Origin: a bacterium
Lineage (GTDB): Bacteria > UBP4 > UBA4092 > JAOAEQ01
DNA length: 55,311 nucleotides
Direction of reading: 5' to 3'
NCBI GenBank assembly: GCA_041946755.1
Contig: JBHGBB010000001.1
Span: forward strand, 1 to 55,311
Shown piece after piece: positions 8,810-18,946 of this stretch. The position numbers were made by a program, and so were the translations under genes. The number at the start of each line of letters is the position of its first letter. Position 1 is the first letter of the stretch. The notes under the pieces are model-generated. The model searched no databases. It saw nothing but the letters and a program-made list of their open reading frames with translations, and had not been told where the DNA came from.

Positions 8810-9742
8810 ATGAAGAAAGATTTAGTTTCTATCAATGATTTATCAGCAGCTGAGATTGAACAGATTATCACGGCCACCATGAAATTAAAGAAACGGCATC
8901 AATCCGGAGAAACGGTTCAGCCGTTAGTAGGTAAAACGCTAGGATTGATTTTTCATAAACCATCTGCCCGAACCCGGATTTCGTTTGAGGTCGGCATGTA
9001 TCAACTCGGCGGACATTGCGTTATCTTATCCGAAAAAGAAATCGGGATGGGTACCCGGGAATCGGTTAGCGATTTAGCGAAATTATTTTCACGATATATG
9101 GATGTTGTGATGGTTCGTACGTTCAGCCATGAACTGGTAAAAGATTTAGCGAAATATGGCTCTATTCCGATTATTAACGGTTTAACCGATTTCAGCCATC
9201 CCTGCCAAATCTTAACCGATTTGGTAAGTATCTATGAAAAAAAGGGGACGGTTAAAGGACTCAAAATCGCTTATATCGGGGATGGAAATAATGTCTGCAA
9301 TTCTTGGTTATTTGCTGCCGGTAAACTAGGATTAAATCTGGCGATTGCTTCACCGGCAGGATATTTACCTAAATCCGAGGTGGTTCAATTAGCGCAATCT
9401 TATAAAACCGGACATACTATTAGCTTAACCACCGATGCGAAAAAAGCGGCACAAGATGCGGATGTGATTTATACCGATGTTTGGGCCAGTATGGGGCAAG
9501 AAGCCGAACAGAAACATCGGCTATCAGTTTTCAAACCATTTCAACTAAATGACGATTTGATTAAATTGACCAAACCGGATGCATTGGTAATGCACTGTTT
9601 ACCGGCACATCGCGGTGAAGAGATAACCGATTCGGTTATCGACGGCCCGAAATCGATTGTGTTCGACCAGGCAGAAAACCGGATGCATACCCAAAAAGCG
9701 ATTTTGTGCTGGTTAGTTTCTCCAAATGGTTTAAATTTCTAA
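8810..9742 (+). CDS. argF: ornithine carbamoyltransferase
   Basis: SARTRISFE, HPCQIL, DVWASMGQE and HCLPAHRGEE motifs. ATG 8810 starts 8 nt after the argD stop. Confidence 0.9.
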   Translation: MKKDLVSINDLSAAEIEQIITATMKLKKRHQSGETVQPLVGKTLGLIFHKPSARTRISFEVGMYQLGGHCVILSEKEIGMGTRESVSDLAKLFSRYMDVVMVRTFSHELVKDLAKYGSIPIINGLTDFSHPCQILTDLVSIYEKKGTVKGLKIAYIGDGNNVCNSWLFAAGKLGLNLAIASPAGYLPKSEVVQLAQSYKTGHTISLTTDAKKAAQDADVIYTDVWASMGQEAEQKHRLSVFKPFQLNDDLIKLTKPDALVMHCLPAHRGEEITDSVIDGPKSIVFDQAENRMHTQKAILCWLVSPNGLNF

Positions 9743-9828
9743 TAGAGAGATATATACCGAATAGCAGCATCTATCTATGAAAGTAGAATTCGGATTATTT
9801 GCTGTCATTCGTTAAATTCGAATTTACT

Positions 9829-10521
9829 ATGTCTAATAAAACTCCTAGAAATCCAACGATTGTTGTTGACGGTAAAACCTACTTGCGGATTCCGGTAAAA
9901 ACCCATATTATTACTGATAAAGATAATATCACTGAAGTGGTTGCTAAATATACTTCCGGGCAGTTACAGCCGGGCGATATAGTAGTGATGAGCGAAAGTG
10001 TGGTTGCTATTACCCAAGGTCGGGCAATCCCAATCGATCAGATTCATCCGGGATTGGTCGCTCGATTTTTATGGCGGTTCGTGCGGAAAGTATCGTATGG
10101 TATCGGACTGCGGAGTCCGGAAAGTATGCAGTGTGCGGTAGATGAGGTTGGTCGAATCAGAATCTTGTTTGCGGCATTTGTTGGCATGTTAGGGAAATTA
10201 GTCGGCCGTCGCGGTGATTTCTATCGTATTGCCGGGATGCAAGCGGCAACAATTGATGCAGCGTTTACCACTCCGATCGAACCTTTTCATCATTGTGTTA
10301 TTAAAGGACCGAAAGACCCGGATAAAGTTACTCAGACCATTAAAGATACCGTTGGGGTTGAAAGTGCGATCGTCGATGTGAATGATATTGGCGGTTCCTG
10401 GGCACTCGGCGCTTCCGATGGAGTCGATAAACGGTTAGTCGAAAAAATCATGAAAGATAATCCACTCGGCCAATCGGATGAACAAACCCCGATTGGAATT
10501 ATCCGAAGGATAAACAGTTAA
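9829..10521 (+). CDS. F420-0:gamma-glutamyl ligase (CofE)-like domain protein
   Basis: PVKTHIITDKDNITEVVAKY...PGDIVVMSESVVAITQGRA resembles the N-terminal pattern of the F420_ligase family. Recognised by eye only. Confidence 0.5.
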   Translation: MSNKTPRNPTIVVDGKTYLRIPVKTHIITDKDNITEVVAKYTSGQLQPGDIVVMSESVVAITQGRAIPIDQIHPGLVARFLWRFVRKVSYGIGLRSPESMQCAVDEVGRIRILFAAFVGMLGKLVGRRGDFYRIAGMQAATIDAAFTTPIEPFHHCVIKGPKDPDKVTQTIKDTVGVESAIVDVNDIGGSWALGASDGVDKRLVEKIMKDNPLGQSDEQTPIGIIRRINS

Positions 10522-10548
10522 ATGGTTAAATAGTTAAATAGTTAAATA
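10517..10548. repeat. tandem octamer GTTAAAT(A/G) x4
   Basis: gttaaatg gttaaata gttaaata gttaaata. The first unit overlaps the stop codon of the CofE-like gene. Confidence 0.8.
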
Positions 10549-10688
10549 AGAGAACCACACGTATCGGATTTTGATTTAACTATATAATTATTCTCCTATC
10601 TAGTGATTCTTAAAATATTTTAGTTTTGACATTGATTTAAGCTTTGGGTTTTGAATTTTGAACTCATGAATTGGGGGTAACTAAGCTT

Positions 10689-11966
10689 ATGCCGAAGAAA
10701 AAACCGGTTACCGTTCCTTCCGTAGAAATCCAATCTACCTTAGAAAGACTGCATGAAGCCAAACAAGAATTAGAACGAAAAGTTCAAACCCTATATCGGG
10801 TGAACGATTTCATGGCGTCGGTAACCGATTTGAAGAAATTACTGACCCAGATCATGCAAGAAAGTAAAGATATTGTTGATGCGGAAGCGAGTTCGTTACT
10901 CCTTTACGATCCGAAGACTGATGAATTATATTTCGATATTGCAAAAGGTGGCACCGAAGAAGCAATTAAACAAATCCGATTGAAAATGGGGGAAGGCATC
11001 GCGGGAACGGTAGCGAAAAAACGGAAAGAGCTGGTAGTGCAAGATGTCAAGAAAGATAAACGGTTTGCGCAACGAGTCGATAAAACCACGAAATTTCAGA
11101 CTCGGAATATTCTTGCGGTTCCCATGATTCGGAAAGACCGATTGATTGGCGTGGTTGAAGTAATCAACAAGAAAAACCATGATCGTTTTTCTGAAGCCGA
11201 TACCGCGATATTACGAGTGCTTGCCGATTTGGCAGCAATCGCTATCGAAAATGCCCAGTTATATCGAGAGAAAGTTCAAGCGGAACGGCTCACGGCTATG
11301 GGTGAAGCGGTTGCCGGATTAGCCCATTATATCAAGAATGTTTTGTCCGGAGTTAAAGGTGGGATGGAATTGGTTGAAACGGCAATTAAGAACCAGAACC
11401 AAATGTTATTGCAAGAGAGTTGGGGTATCCTAAAAAACAGCAATCTGAAAATAGCGAAACTTATTGCGGATATGCTCACCTACTCTAAAGAGCGGCAACC
11501 GGAATATAAATTATGCTGTCTTGATCGGATTATTGAAGATACCGTGATGACCGCGCAGAAAAAAGCCCATGAACATAATGTCCAGCTATATTCGCACCTC
11601 GATCCGAAAATGCCGCCTGAAGTTTGTATCGACCCAATCGGAATCAATGATGTTCTATTAAATTTGGTGTTCAATGCGATCGATGCTATCCCGCATGAAA
11701 AGGGAAAGGTAACCATAATCTCGAAACACTATCCTTTAACGGAGCAATTCGAATTATCGGTTACGGATAACGGTTGTGGTATGCCACCGAATGTAGTCAG
11801 CCGGATTTTCGATCCTTTTTTTAGTACCAAAGGGTCTGGTGGCACCGGTCTCGGTCTAGCAGTAACCCAGAAAATTATTAATGAACATAAAGGAACCATT
11901 GCAGTCAAATCAGTGGTTAATAAAGGGACTACTTTCATAGTTACCATACCGGTAAAACGCAGCTAA
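10689..11966 (+). CDS. GAF domain-containing sensor histidine kinase
   Basis: GAF-like region (SLLLYDPKTDELYF...GEGIAGTVAKKRKELVVQDV...ILAVPMI...IGVVEVINK). H-box GLAHYIKN; ATPase boxes NLVFNAIDA, DNGCGMP, GGTGLGLAV. Confidence 0.85.
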   Translation: MPKKKPVTVPSVEIQSTLERLHEAKQELERKVQTLYRVNDFMASVTDLKKLLTQIMQESKDIVDAEASSLLLYDPKTDELYFDIAKGGTEEAIKQIRLKMGEGIAGTVAKKRKELVVQDVKKDKRFAQRVDKTTKFQTRNILAVPMIRKDRLIGVVEVINKKNHDRFSEADTAILRVLADLAAIAIENAQLYREKVQAERLTAMGEAVAGLAHYIKNVLSGVKGGMELVETAIKNQNQMLLQESWGILKNSNLKIAKLIADMLTYSKERQPEYKLCCLDRIIEDTVMTAQKKAHEHNVQLYSHLDPKMPPEVCIDPIGINDVLLNLVFNAIDAIPHEKGKVTIISKHYPLTEQFELSVTDNGCGMPPNVVSRIFDPFFSTKGSGGTGLGLAVTQKIINEHKGTIAVKSVVNKGTTFIVTIPVKRS

Positions 11967-12067
11967 ACCTCTAGAGCTTACCTTTACTCCATCATATTTT
12001 GCCTTTTCTAATCGTAACTCTTTTATTTACAATAATCTTGGTTTATATTTTGTATTTTATTGGTTTG

Positions 12068-12110
12068 GGAGTACAACCCGAATTGGTCGGACCAATTCGG
12101 GTTATACTCC
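12068..12110. repeat. 43-nt near-perfect palindrome (CCGAATTGGTC family)
   Basis: GGAGTACAACCCGAATTGGTC-G-GACCAATTCGGGTTATACTCC: 21-nt arms with one mismatch. A degenerate second copy lies at 38443-38468. Confidence 0.9.
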
Positions 12111-12409
12111 TTATAAAAAACATCTTCTAGGTTGTATCTTGCGCAAATTGAGTATAATACAACATGGGGGAGCATGTTTTGTCATTATGAAACTAGATGC
12201 TAATATCCAGGAAGTTGAATTATTCTCCAGCGGAGAAAAATTATTTCAAAATGGCATGGCTGTTATATCTTATTGATATATCGATAGTTACCAATTTGAG
12301 TTGAATTTTTGTCCATTGGACAATAATTCAACTTAAACGTCTAACTCTACTCTATATAAAAACCGGAAAAGAGCTATTCAGCTTGCGATTAATACAAGGA
12401 ACCAGGAAA

Positions 12410-14107
12410 CTACGGTTTCGGCAAAGTGGTATTCAGCCACGATTGAAATGGGTTGGTACCTAAATGGTAAGAATCAATAATTTGTTTATCCAGCATTAGA
12501 AACAGTTCAGATAATCCATGCAGCTCTATTTTCGAACTGGATAAATCGAGATACGGAGTTCCATCCGGAGCGATAATCAACTTAAATTGATGACAATTGA
12601 CCAGCTTATGTTCCGCATCATATTGGCAATCGAATAACCATTCGATATATTTACGCCATTCATGCGGATTAGTATATCCGGTAAATTTCGTGCATTGATA
12701 TGTTGGAATGACATTTGATAATGGTATCAGGCACTCATCTTTTTCGGTAAGATACTCTCTAGTAAAATGGCGGGTTTGATAAAAATCGAGCATCGGCACT
12801 TCAGCAGCAAATGCATTCTCCCGATTGAAATAATAGCGCAGATATTCCCGAACCGTATAATCAGTAAAAATAACACTCGTTTTGGGAACCAAAGCATCGA
12901 GTTTTACCGCTTCCTGATACAATGCCCCTTTTGAACGATGCAATGGTAAAATCGCTTGATTTAAGTTAACCACCATAATAATGATGATGATACCAAGCAC
13001 TATCTCCCCGATTATTTTTGTATTCAATTTCAGCTTGGTTCCAAACTCAGCAAAATCTTTTATCGCAATATATCCAAGACAGACGATGGGGAATAAAGTA
13101 ATTACTAACGGATGCGTATAGGTCGGCAGCCACCATAAAAAGAAGATGCTATATACTCCAAGCCAGATTAAGAGCATGATTCTGAATTGGCTCAATACTG
13201 CATGGCGATATATCCGCATAATATTCCAGATAACGATACCGGTAAGAATTACTCCGAAAATTGCTGCCGCATTTGATTGGAATCGGTCTGATATCACTAC
13301 CAAGTTCCATACCTGGCTGCGTAAAAAATGATAAACACCGGTATGACCAAAATGGGTAAACGTTCCCCAATCCGGTTGAGGATAGGTGGCATATAAAAAA
13401 CAGTATCGATAGAATTTCGCGAAGGTCCAGTTAGGTTTGGTAATAATAAACAGCAGAAAATAGGTTAAAAATACGATTATAGCTGCCAGGAGTAGTACTA
13501 GAACCATATTTCGAATTCTAAACTTACGATTGGTTACAAAGAGATAATACGCCAGCGGGATACAGAATAAGACATTAATCTGATGATTTAATATTGCTAA
13601 TGCTAGTAAAAGAGATAAGATAATGTTTTTCTTAATAGTCTGTTCTGTATCAGCAAACGCGGCCATTACCGTTACCAGTAATACCAGACTGCCGATAGCG
13701 GGTAAATAGACCGTATTCTGGGTAGCGATTTCCCAAATCCCGCGAGAGACTAACAGAAACACCGCAAATAGGAGTCCGAATATTGGCGAATTGAATAACC
13801 GCTGGATTAGAATAAACGAGGCCATAACGGTTACGATTGCCCATAAGATATTGTAGATTTGACCGGGGAATACTGCATTACCGGGTTCAATGATTCTTGA
13901 AGTTAACAGAAACAAAATCCGAACTACCGGATTATACAGCAGATGATGCGGATGGAATAATCCGGTACCGGTTTTTATCGAATATGCATACCCGATACTA
14001 TCTGCCGTTTGATATTCGGCCTTGAAAGTGAATAGAAGGATAAAAGAAAATAAACCGAGCGCTATAATAAACAGCTTTCTATTTTTCAACGATTGCGGTA
14101 AACCCAT
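12410..14107 (-). CDS. polytopic membrane protein, GT-C-like glycosyltransferase architecture (function unknown)
   Basis: About 12 hydrophobic segments over the first 390 aa, followed by a soluble C-terminal domain of about 170 aa. No specific motif recognised. Confidence 0.4.
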   Translation of the reverse strand: MGLPQSLKNRKLFIIALGLFSFILLFTFKAEYQTADSIGYAYSIKTGTGLFHPHHLLYNPVVRILFLLTSRIIEPGNAVFPGQIYNILWAIVTVMASFILIQRLFNSPIFGLLFAVFLLVSRGIWEIATQNTVYLPAIGSLVLLVTVMAAFADTEQTIKKNIILSLLLALAILNHQINVLFCIPLAYYLFVTNRKFRIRNMVLVLLLAAIIVFLTYFLLFIITKPNWTFAKFYRYCFLYATYPQPDWGTFTHFGHTGVYHFLRSQVWNLVVISDRFQSNAAAIFGVILTGIVIWNIMRIYRHAVLSQFRIMLLIWLGVYSIFFLWWLPTYTHPLVITLFPIVCLGYIAIKDFAEFGTKLKLNTKIIGEIVLGIIIIIMVVNLNQAILPLHRSKGALYQEAVKLDALVPKTSVIFTDYTVREYLRYYFNRENAFAAEVPMLDFYQTRHFTREYLTEKDECLIPLSNVIPTYQCTKFTGYTNPHEWRKYIEWLFDCQYDAEHKLVNCHQFKLIIAPDGTPYLDLSSSKIELHGLSELFLMLDKQIIDSYHLGTNPFQSWLNTTLPKP

Positions 14108-14175
14108 ATCGAATATGAGAAGGCTTCGTTCCTCTAAGCAGCTAATGGATTGTTATGGATAGAATATGCAGTCGA

Positions 14176-14238
14176 TAAAAAAGCCCAACCTTCTTTTGTC
14201 CCGACTATTACCATCGGAGATACCTAGAAGGTTGGGCT
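14176..14238 (-). terminator. intrinsic terminator downstream of trpB2
   Basis: On the minus strand: AGCCCAACCTTCT ... AGAAGGTTGGGCT (13-bp stem, long loop), followed by TTTTTTAT. Confidence 0.55.
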
Positions 14239-14253
14239 GTAGAACAACATGCT

Positions 14254-15609
14254 TTATTTAATCACCGGAAGTTCAGCTAAGGCTTTATCAACCATCTCTT
14301 TGGAATATTCGAAATCTTCCAGTTGTCCACTGAGATATTTCTCATACGCTGATAAATCGAAATGCCCATGACCGGTTAGATTGAATACGATAACTTTCTT
14401 TTCGCCTGTTTCCCGGCATCTGATCGCTTCATCAATCGCCGCTCGAATCCCATGCGCACTTTCTGGCGCCGGTAAGATACCTTCAACCTGCGAGAATAAC
14501 ACCGCCGCTTCAAAAACCGGGATTTGCTTAACCGCCCGCGCTTCAATAACGTTTGCATTTACCAACGCGCATAGTAACGGAGCATCGCCATGATACCGTA
14601 ATCCACCGGCATGGATTCCCGGCGGAACGAAACTATGGCCTAAGGTATGCATTTTCATTAGCGGAGTCATCTTAGCGACATCGCCATAATCATAGCGATA
14701 CTGCCCTTTAGTCAAACTCGGGCATGCGGTCGGTTCCACAGCAATAAACCGGACATTACTTTTCCCATCGAGTTTATCTTTAACAAACGGGAACACAAAC
14801 CCACCGAAATTACTACCGCCACCAACGCAACTGATCAGCATATCCGGTTTCTCATTAACCATTTCGAGCTGCTTTTTAGTTTCCAGACCAACGATCGTCT
14901 GATGCATTAATACATGGTTCAAAACGCTCCCTAACGAATATTTCGTATCGTCATGCGTTGCCGCATCTTCCACCGCTTCAGAGATCGCAATGCCTAAACT
15001 ACCCGGACTATCCGGATCCTGTTCAAGTACCGCTTGACCGGATTTGGTTAAACTCGTTGGTGATGGATGCACTTCAGAACCCCAAGTATGCATCAGCATC
15101 CGGCGGTATGGTTTCTGTTCATAACTCACTTTCACCATATATACGGTGCATTTCATGCCGAATAAACAGCAGGCAAATGCTAACGCGCTACCCCATTGTC
15201 CGGCACCAGTTTCGGTCGCAATCCGTTTAACTCCTTCTTGTTTATTATAATACGCTTGGGCAACTGAAGTGTTCGGTTTATGGCTACCGGCAGGAGAAAC
15301 ACTTTCGTTTTTATAATAAATCCGAGCCGGGGTTTTTAATGCTTCTTCCAACCGAAATGCGCGATGTAACGGAGTCGGTCGCCAGAGTTTCAGAACGTCC
15401 ATAATATCATCCGGTATCTCAATCCACCGTTCCTGGCTAACCTCCTGTTTAATTAATTCCATCGGGAAGATGGGAAGTAACGCTTCCGGACCGATAGGTT
15501 TACCATCCGGACCCAATGGCGGCGGAAGTGGCTGCGGTAAATCCGCCTGCATGTTGTACCACTGTTGTGGCATATCTTTTTGACTCAACAGAATCCGATA
15601 TTCATGCAT
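14254..15609 (-). CDS. TrpB2-type tryptophan synthase beta-like PLP enzyme
   Basis: [39 protein letters not shown] is a characteristic TrpB2 N-terminus. The PLP-lysine region is SPAGSHKPN, with GGGSNFGG also present. ATG 15609 follows AAGGAGGAG; the longer track start runs through the leader hairpin. Confidence 0.85.
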   Translation of the reverse strand: MHEYRILLSQKDMPQQWYNMQADLPQPLPPPLGPDGKPIGPEALLPIFPMELIKQEVSQERWIEIPDDIMDVLKLWRPTPLHRAFRLEEALKTPARIYYKNESVSPAGSHKPNTSVAQAYYNKQEGVKRIATETGAGQWGSALAFACCLFGMKCTVYMVKVSYEQKPYRRMLMHTWGSEVHPSPTSLTKSGQAVLEQDPDSPGSLGIAISEAVEDAATHDDTKYSLGSVLNHVLMHQTIVGLETKKQLEMVNEKPDMLISCVGGGSNFGGFVFPFVKDKLDGKSNVRFIAVEPTACPSLTKGQYRYDYGDVAKMTPLMKMHTLGHSFVPPGIHAGGLRYHGDAPLLCALVNANVIEARAVKQIPVFEAAVLFSQVEGILPAPESAHGIRAAIDEAIRCRETGEKKVIVFNLTGHGHFDLSAYEKYLSGQLEDFEYSKEMVDKALAELPVIK

Positions 15610-15636
15610 AGTCTTTCTTCTCCTCCTTAATAAAAT

Positions 15637-15692
15637 TACCAAGTATGAAGCACCAAACCTGAAAAATAGGGTTTGGTATTTGATACTTGGTA
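15637..15692 (-). promoter_or_regulatory. leader hairpin plus U-tract between a predicted promoter and the trpB2 RBS
   Basis: On the minus strand: TACCAAGTAT-CAAAT-ACCAAACC-loop-GGTTTGGT-GCTTC-ATACTTGGTA, then AATTTTATTAAGGAGG. Confidence 0.5.
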
Positions 15693-15697
15693 CTAAA

Positions 15698-15726
15698 TTT
15701 ATAACATATCTTGTATATTTTGGCAA
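15698..15726 (-). promoter_or_regulatory. sigma-70-like promoter for trpB2
   Basis: On the minus strand: TTGCCA (15726-15721), 17-nt spacer, TATAAA (15703-15698). Confidence 0.4.
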
Positions 15727-15753
15727 CCGAAAGAACCGAAAATAGGTATAACT

Positions 15754-16488
15754 TTAGATAGTAAACCTTTGGAGAAACATAAATTTACTCGCTAGATACT
15801 GGAGTTTATTCATTAAGATTAAAATACCAAACAAGATTAAAAATATCCCGGAAATGATTTCGATAACTCGCATATATTTTTTCAGCCAGTTGAATAATCC
15901 GAGAAAGGTATTAACCGTAATCGCGGCAATAAAAAAAGGAATTCCTAATCCCATCGAATAACCCAATAGTAATCCGATCCCTTGATATACGGTCTCCTGA
16001 GTACTGGCATAAAATAATATCGCCGCCAGTATCGGGCCGATACAAGGGCTCCATCCGAACGAAAATGCCATCCCAACCAATATGGTTCCCAGCCAGGATA
16101 ACGGTTTATTCTTGAAATGGAACCGCTCTTCATAGAGCAGAAATTTAAGTTTAAATATTCCGATGATATGCAATCCGAATATGATGATAATAACTCCGGC
16201 GATTTTACTTAATATCATCATTTTCGTTCTCAGGAATCCACCGATGAAGGTTGCTGACGCGCCGAGTAATATGAAAATGATCGAAAACCCGAGAATGAAT
16301 AGCAGCGAATTTATCGCGACTTTTTTAATCGCTTTCCGATGCAGGTGTTTATCCTGACTATTCCGGATTTCATCGAGCGATACTCCGGAAATAAACGATA
16401 AATATCCCGGGACTAACGGAAGTACACAGGGGGAAAGAAATGAAAGGAATCCGGCAATAAATGCGGTTAGGATCGATACTTGCTGCAT
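15754..16488 (-). CDS. ccdA: cytochrome c biogenesis / thiol-disulfide transporter CcdA (DsbD family)
   Basis: FLSFLSPCVLPLVPGYLSF and GWSPCIGPILAAIL motifs; six TM segments. ATG 16488 preferred over TTG 16509. Confidence 0.85.
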   Translation of the reverse strand: MQQVSILTAFIAGFLSFLSPCVLPLVPGYLSFISGVSLDEIRNSQDKHLHRKAIKKVAINSLLFILGFSIIFILLGASATFIGGFLRTKMMILSKIAGVIIIIFGLHIIGIFKLKFLLYEERFHFKNKPLSWLGTILVGMAFSFGWSPCIGPILAAILFYASTQETVYQGIGLLLGYSMGLGIPFFIAAITVNTFLGLFNWLKKYMRVIEIISGIFLILFGILILMNKLQYLASKFMFLQRFTI

Positions 16489-16531
16489 AAGATTAAATCC
16501 AAAGTCCAAAATCCTAATTTAGCCATTGAGT

Positions 16532-16589
16532 CACTGAGACACAGAGAAAGAATAATCTACCGAACCTCTGTACCTTTGTGCCTCGGTGG
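16532..16589. repeat. imperfect inverted tandem-repeat hairpin (CACAGAG family)
   Basis: CACTGAGACACAGAGAAAG ... CCTCTGTACCTTTGTGCCTCGGTGG. Neighbouring simple repeats are GTTTGGGATTTTGGATTT (16603-16620) and CTTCTGAATTCTAGCTTCTGACTTCTGG (16662-16689). Confidence 0.75.
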
Positions 16590-16719
16590 CATAGGAGTTT
16601 AAGTTTGGGATTTTGGATTTAAGTAACCTTTCTACTGACACCTGTCTATCGGTTTTGCTAACTTCTGAATTCTAGCTTCTGACTTCTGGTTTCTTTCCCT
16701 CGCATCTCACACCTTTTCA

Positions 16720-17844
16720 CTAGTCACTTAATTTTAACGCTTTATCGCGCGGGATATAATCCAGTCCGAAAGTATCGGCCACCGCTTTAATCGTCAGTTT
16801 ACCATTAATCATATTGAGCCCTTTAAGTAACGCTTGATCATCAAGCATGGCCTGTTTATATCTTTTATTCGCCAGCGCTAACATATAGGGGATGGTCGAG
16901 TTCGATAAGGCAAAGGTTGAAGTCCGCGGTACCGCACCCGGCATATTCGCGACACAATAATGGATTACTCCATTAACAATATATGTCGGATCAGCATGCG
17001 TTGTCGGATGGCAGGTTTCGATACATCCGCCCTGGTCGACTGAAACATCGACAATAACCGCACCTTGTTTCATCGAGTTTACCATCTGTTTAGTTACCAA
17101 TACCGGCGCTTTCGCTCCGGGGATAAGCACCGCTCCGATTAAGATATCCGCATGTTTAACTGCCACCCGCAGATTATGCGAATTCGAATGCAGGGTAACC
17201 ACATTTTTCGGCATAATATCTTCCAAATACCGGAGCCGGTCGATGTTGATGTCGAGAATAGTCACATTAGCACCTAATCCGGCAGCGATTTTCGCCGCAC
17301 TTTTTCCGACCACACCACCACCGATAATAATCACTTCTGCCGGTGCTACCCCGGGAACACCGCTTAATAATAGGCCGCGACCGCTAAACGGTTTCTCCAG
17401 ATATTTGGCTCCTTCAACCACTGCCAATCGACCGGCAACTTCACTCATCGGGGTTAGTAAGGGTAAGGTTCCGTCAGGAAGCTGAATGGTTTCATAGGCA
17501 ACGGCAACAATTTTTCGGGCGAGTACCGATTCGGTTAATTCCCGGCTGGAAGCGAAATGGAAATAGGTAAATACTACTTGACCCGGCTGTAGTAACGGAT
17601 ATTCTGATGCTAACGGCTCTTTAACCTTAACAATCAAATCCGCTTTTTCGAATATCGCTTTCGGTGTAACCAATATTTTCGCGCCGGCTTTTTCATATTC
17701 GGCATCCGGGATAGCGCTCGCTAACCCGGCATCTTTCTGAACAAAGACTTTATGGCCTCCAGCGACTAACGCTTCTACTCCGGCAGGGATCATTCCAACT
17801 CGAAACTCATTATTTTTAATTTCTTTCGGAATTCCGACTATCAT
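16720..17844 (-). CDS. ald: alanine dehydrogenase
   Basis: MIVGIPKEIKNNEFRVGMIPAGV N-terminus; NAD site VIIIGGGVVGKSAAKIAAGLGA; 374 aa. Confidence 0.9.
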   Translation of the reverse strand: MIVGIPKEIKNNEFRVGMIPAGVEALVAGGHKVFVQKDAGLASAIPDAEYEKAGAKILVTPKAIFEKADLIVKVKEPLASEYPLLQPGQVVFTYFHFASSRELTESVLARKIVAVAYETIQLPDGTLPLLTPMSEVAGRLAVVEGAKYLEKPFSGRGLLLSGVPGVAPAEVIIIGGGVVGKSAAKIAAGLGANVTILDINIDRLRYLEDIMPKNVVTLHSNSHNLRVAVKHADILIGAVLIPGAKAPVLVTKQMVNSMKQGAVIVDVSVDQGGCIETCHPTTHADPTYIVNGVIHYCVANMPGAVPRTSTFALSNSTIPYMLALANKRYKQAMLDDQALLKGLNMINGKLTIKAVADTFGLDYIPRDKALKLSD

Positions 17845-18079
17845 ACCTTTCCTCCTAGAAGATGATTTTTGATATTGAGAATAGCAATTATCGTGGATTA
17901 TTTATCCTCGGATTAAATATTCCGCGGTAATCACTTTCCCAAAATACTCTATAGGTTAACCGATAATGGAGTTAACCGTCAACCCAAAATGAAAATGACT
18001 GGTACCCATTGCGAGATTGACCGAAAATACGGTAAGATATCAGCCAAAATAGCCATTTCCATTGATATATAGATATATT

Positions 18080-18916
18080 ATGCGAAGGCTTACCGTTATT
18101 TTTCTGATTATCTTCGTTGTTATCACTGCCTATTCGCTGTCTGCTGCGAAGGATTATACCGTTTTCGATATTGTCGGCGATAGCATTTCAGCCGGAGTCA
18201 ATCCCGATTATAGCGGAGATTATGGCTGGGTACAAATGCTGTTTGGATTAGGTACTACCGGTTCCCCACCGAAATCGAATACCATCTATACCCTATGGTC
18301 AAATATCACGGTGTATAATAGCGCCCGGTCCGGGTCGACTGCTATCCAATGGTCAGCCGATTATAGTTCCTGGTTAACCGGGGTCAAGAACCATCATCCG
18401 GAGTTGGTAGTAGTCTATATCGGCGGCAATGATTTCTTGGCATATAGCGCTGCCGGGCCGATTACTGATACCGAATTCAATATCTATCGGAATAACTTGA
18501 GAACCATCATCGATGCCTTGCATAATAATACCCCGAATCCGGATATTATTCTGGTTAACTATTATGATTTATTCGATGGATATAGCAGAAATCTGCCTAG
18601 CGCATTTTCTACTTATACCTCGTTATCGGATATCGTTATTCGCGGGAATCAGGTGATTGAAGAGGTAGCTATTGAAAAAGGATGTTCGCTGGTAACGGTA
18701 TATCCCAACTTTATGCATCATTGCTATGGGGTAGATTTGATTCCCGGTGATACTCAGCATTTATCTCCTGACTTCGTTAAACGACCATTGCTTTCCAATT
18801 TCGATATCCATCCGAATACCAATGGGCATAATCAAATCTACAATAATGTTTACGCGCAGTTGGTTACCTTAAAGAATGCAACAACTTCAGTCGACCACTG
18901 GATGTTGTATCACTAA
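18080..18916 (+). CDS. SGNH/GDSL family hydrolase, secreted
   Basis: Signal peptide; block I DIVGDSISAG; block III GGNDF; block V DIHPNTNGH. Confidence 0.75.
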   Translation: MRRLTVIFLIIFVVITAYSLSAAKDYTVFDIVGDSISAGVNPDYSGDYGWVQMLFGLGTTGSPPKSNTIYTLWSNITVYNSARSGSTAIQWSADYSSWLTGVKNHHPELVVVYIGGNDFLAYSAAGPITDTEFNIYRNNLRTIIDALHNNTPNPDIILVNYYDLFDGYSRNLPSAFSTYTSLSDIVIRGNQVIEEVAIEKGCSLVTVYPNFMHHCYGVDLIPGDTQHLSPDFVKRPLLSNFDIHPNTNGHNQIYNNVYAQLVTLKNATTSVDHWMLYH

Positions 18917-18946
18917 AATCTTATCTATATATCGAGGTAATGAACT

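Noticed and set aside
12187-12276. 29-aa ORF (MKLDANIQEVELFSSGEKLFQNGMAVISY) between a TATAAT box and a strong hairpin (12297-12335)
   Set aside because: There is no RBS, the composition is unremarkable, and the hairpin lacks a U-tract. Evidence is insufficient for a gene or an sRNA.
15610-15726. Long N-terminal extensions in the ORF track for trpB2, hprK (41446-41475), the deacetylase (43847-43891), gpmI (40317-40343), a GT4 gene (51035-51076) and ccdA (16489-16509)
   Set aside because: The extensions start at TTG/GTG, run through repeat elements or leader hairpins, and are followed by in-frame ATGs, some with a recognisable RBS (e.g. trpB2), whose N-termini match family expectations.
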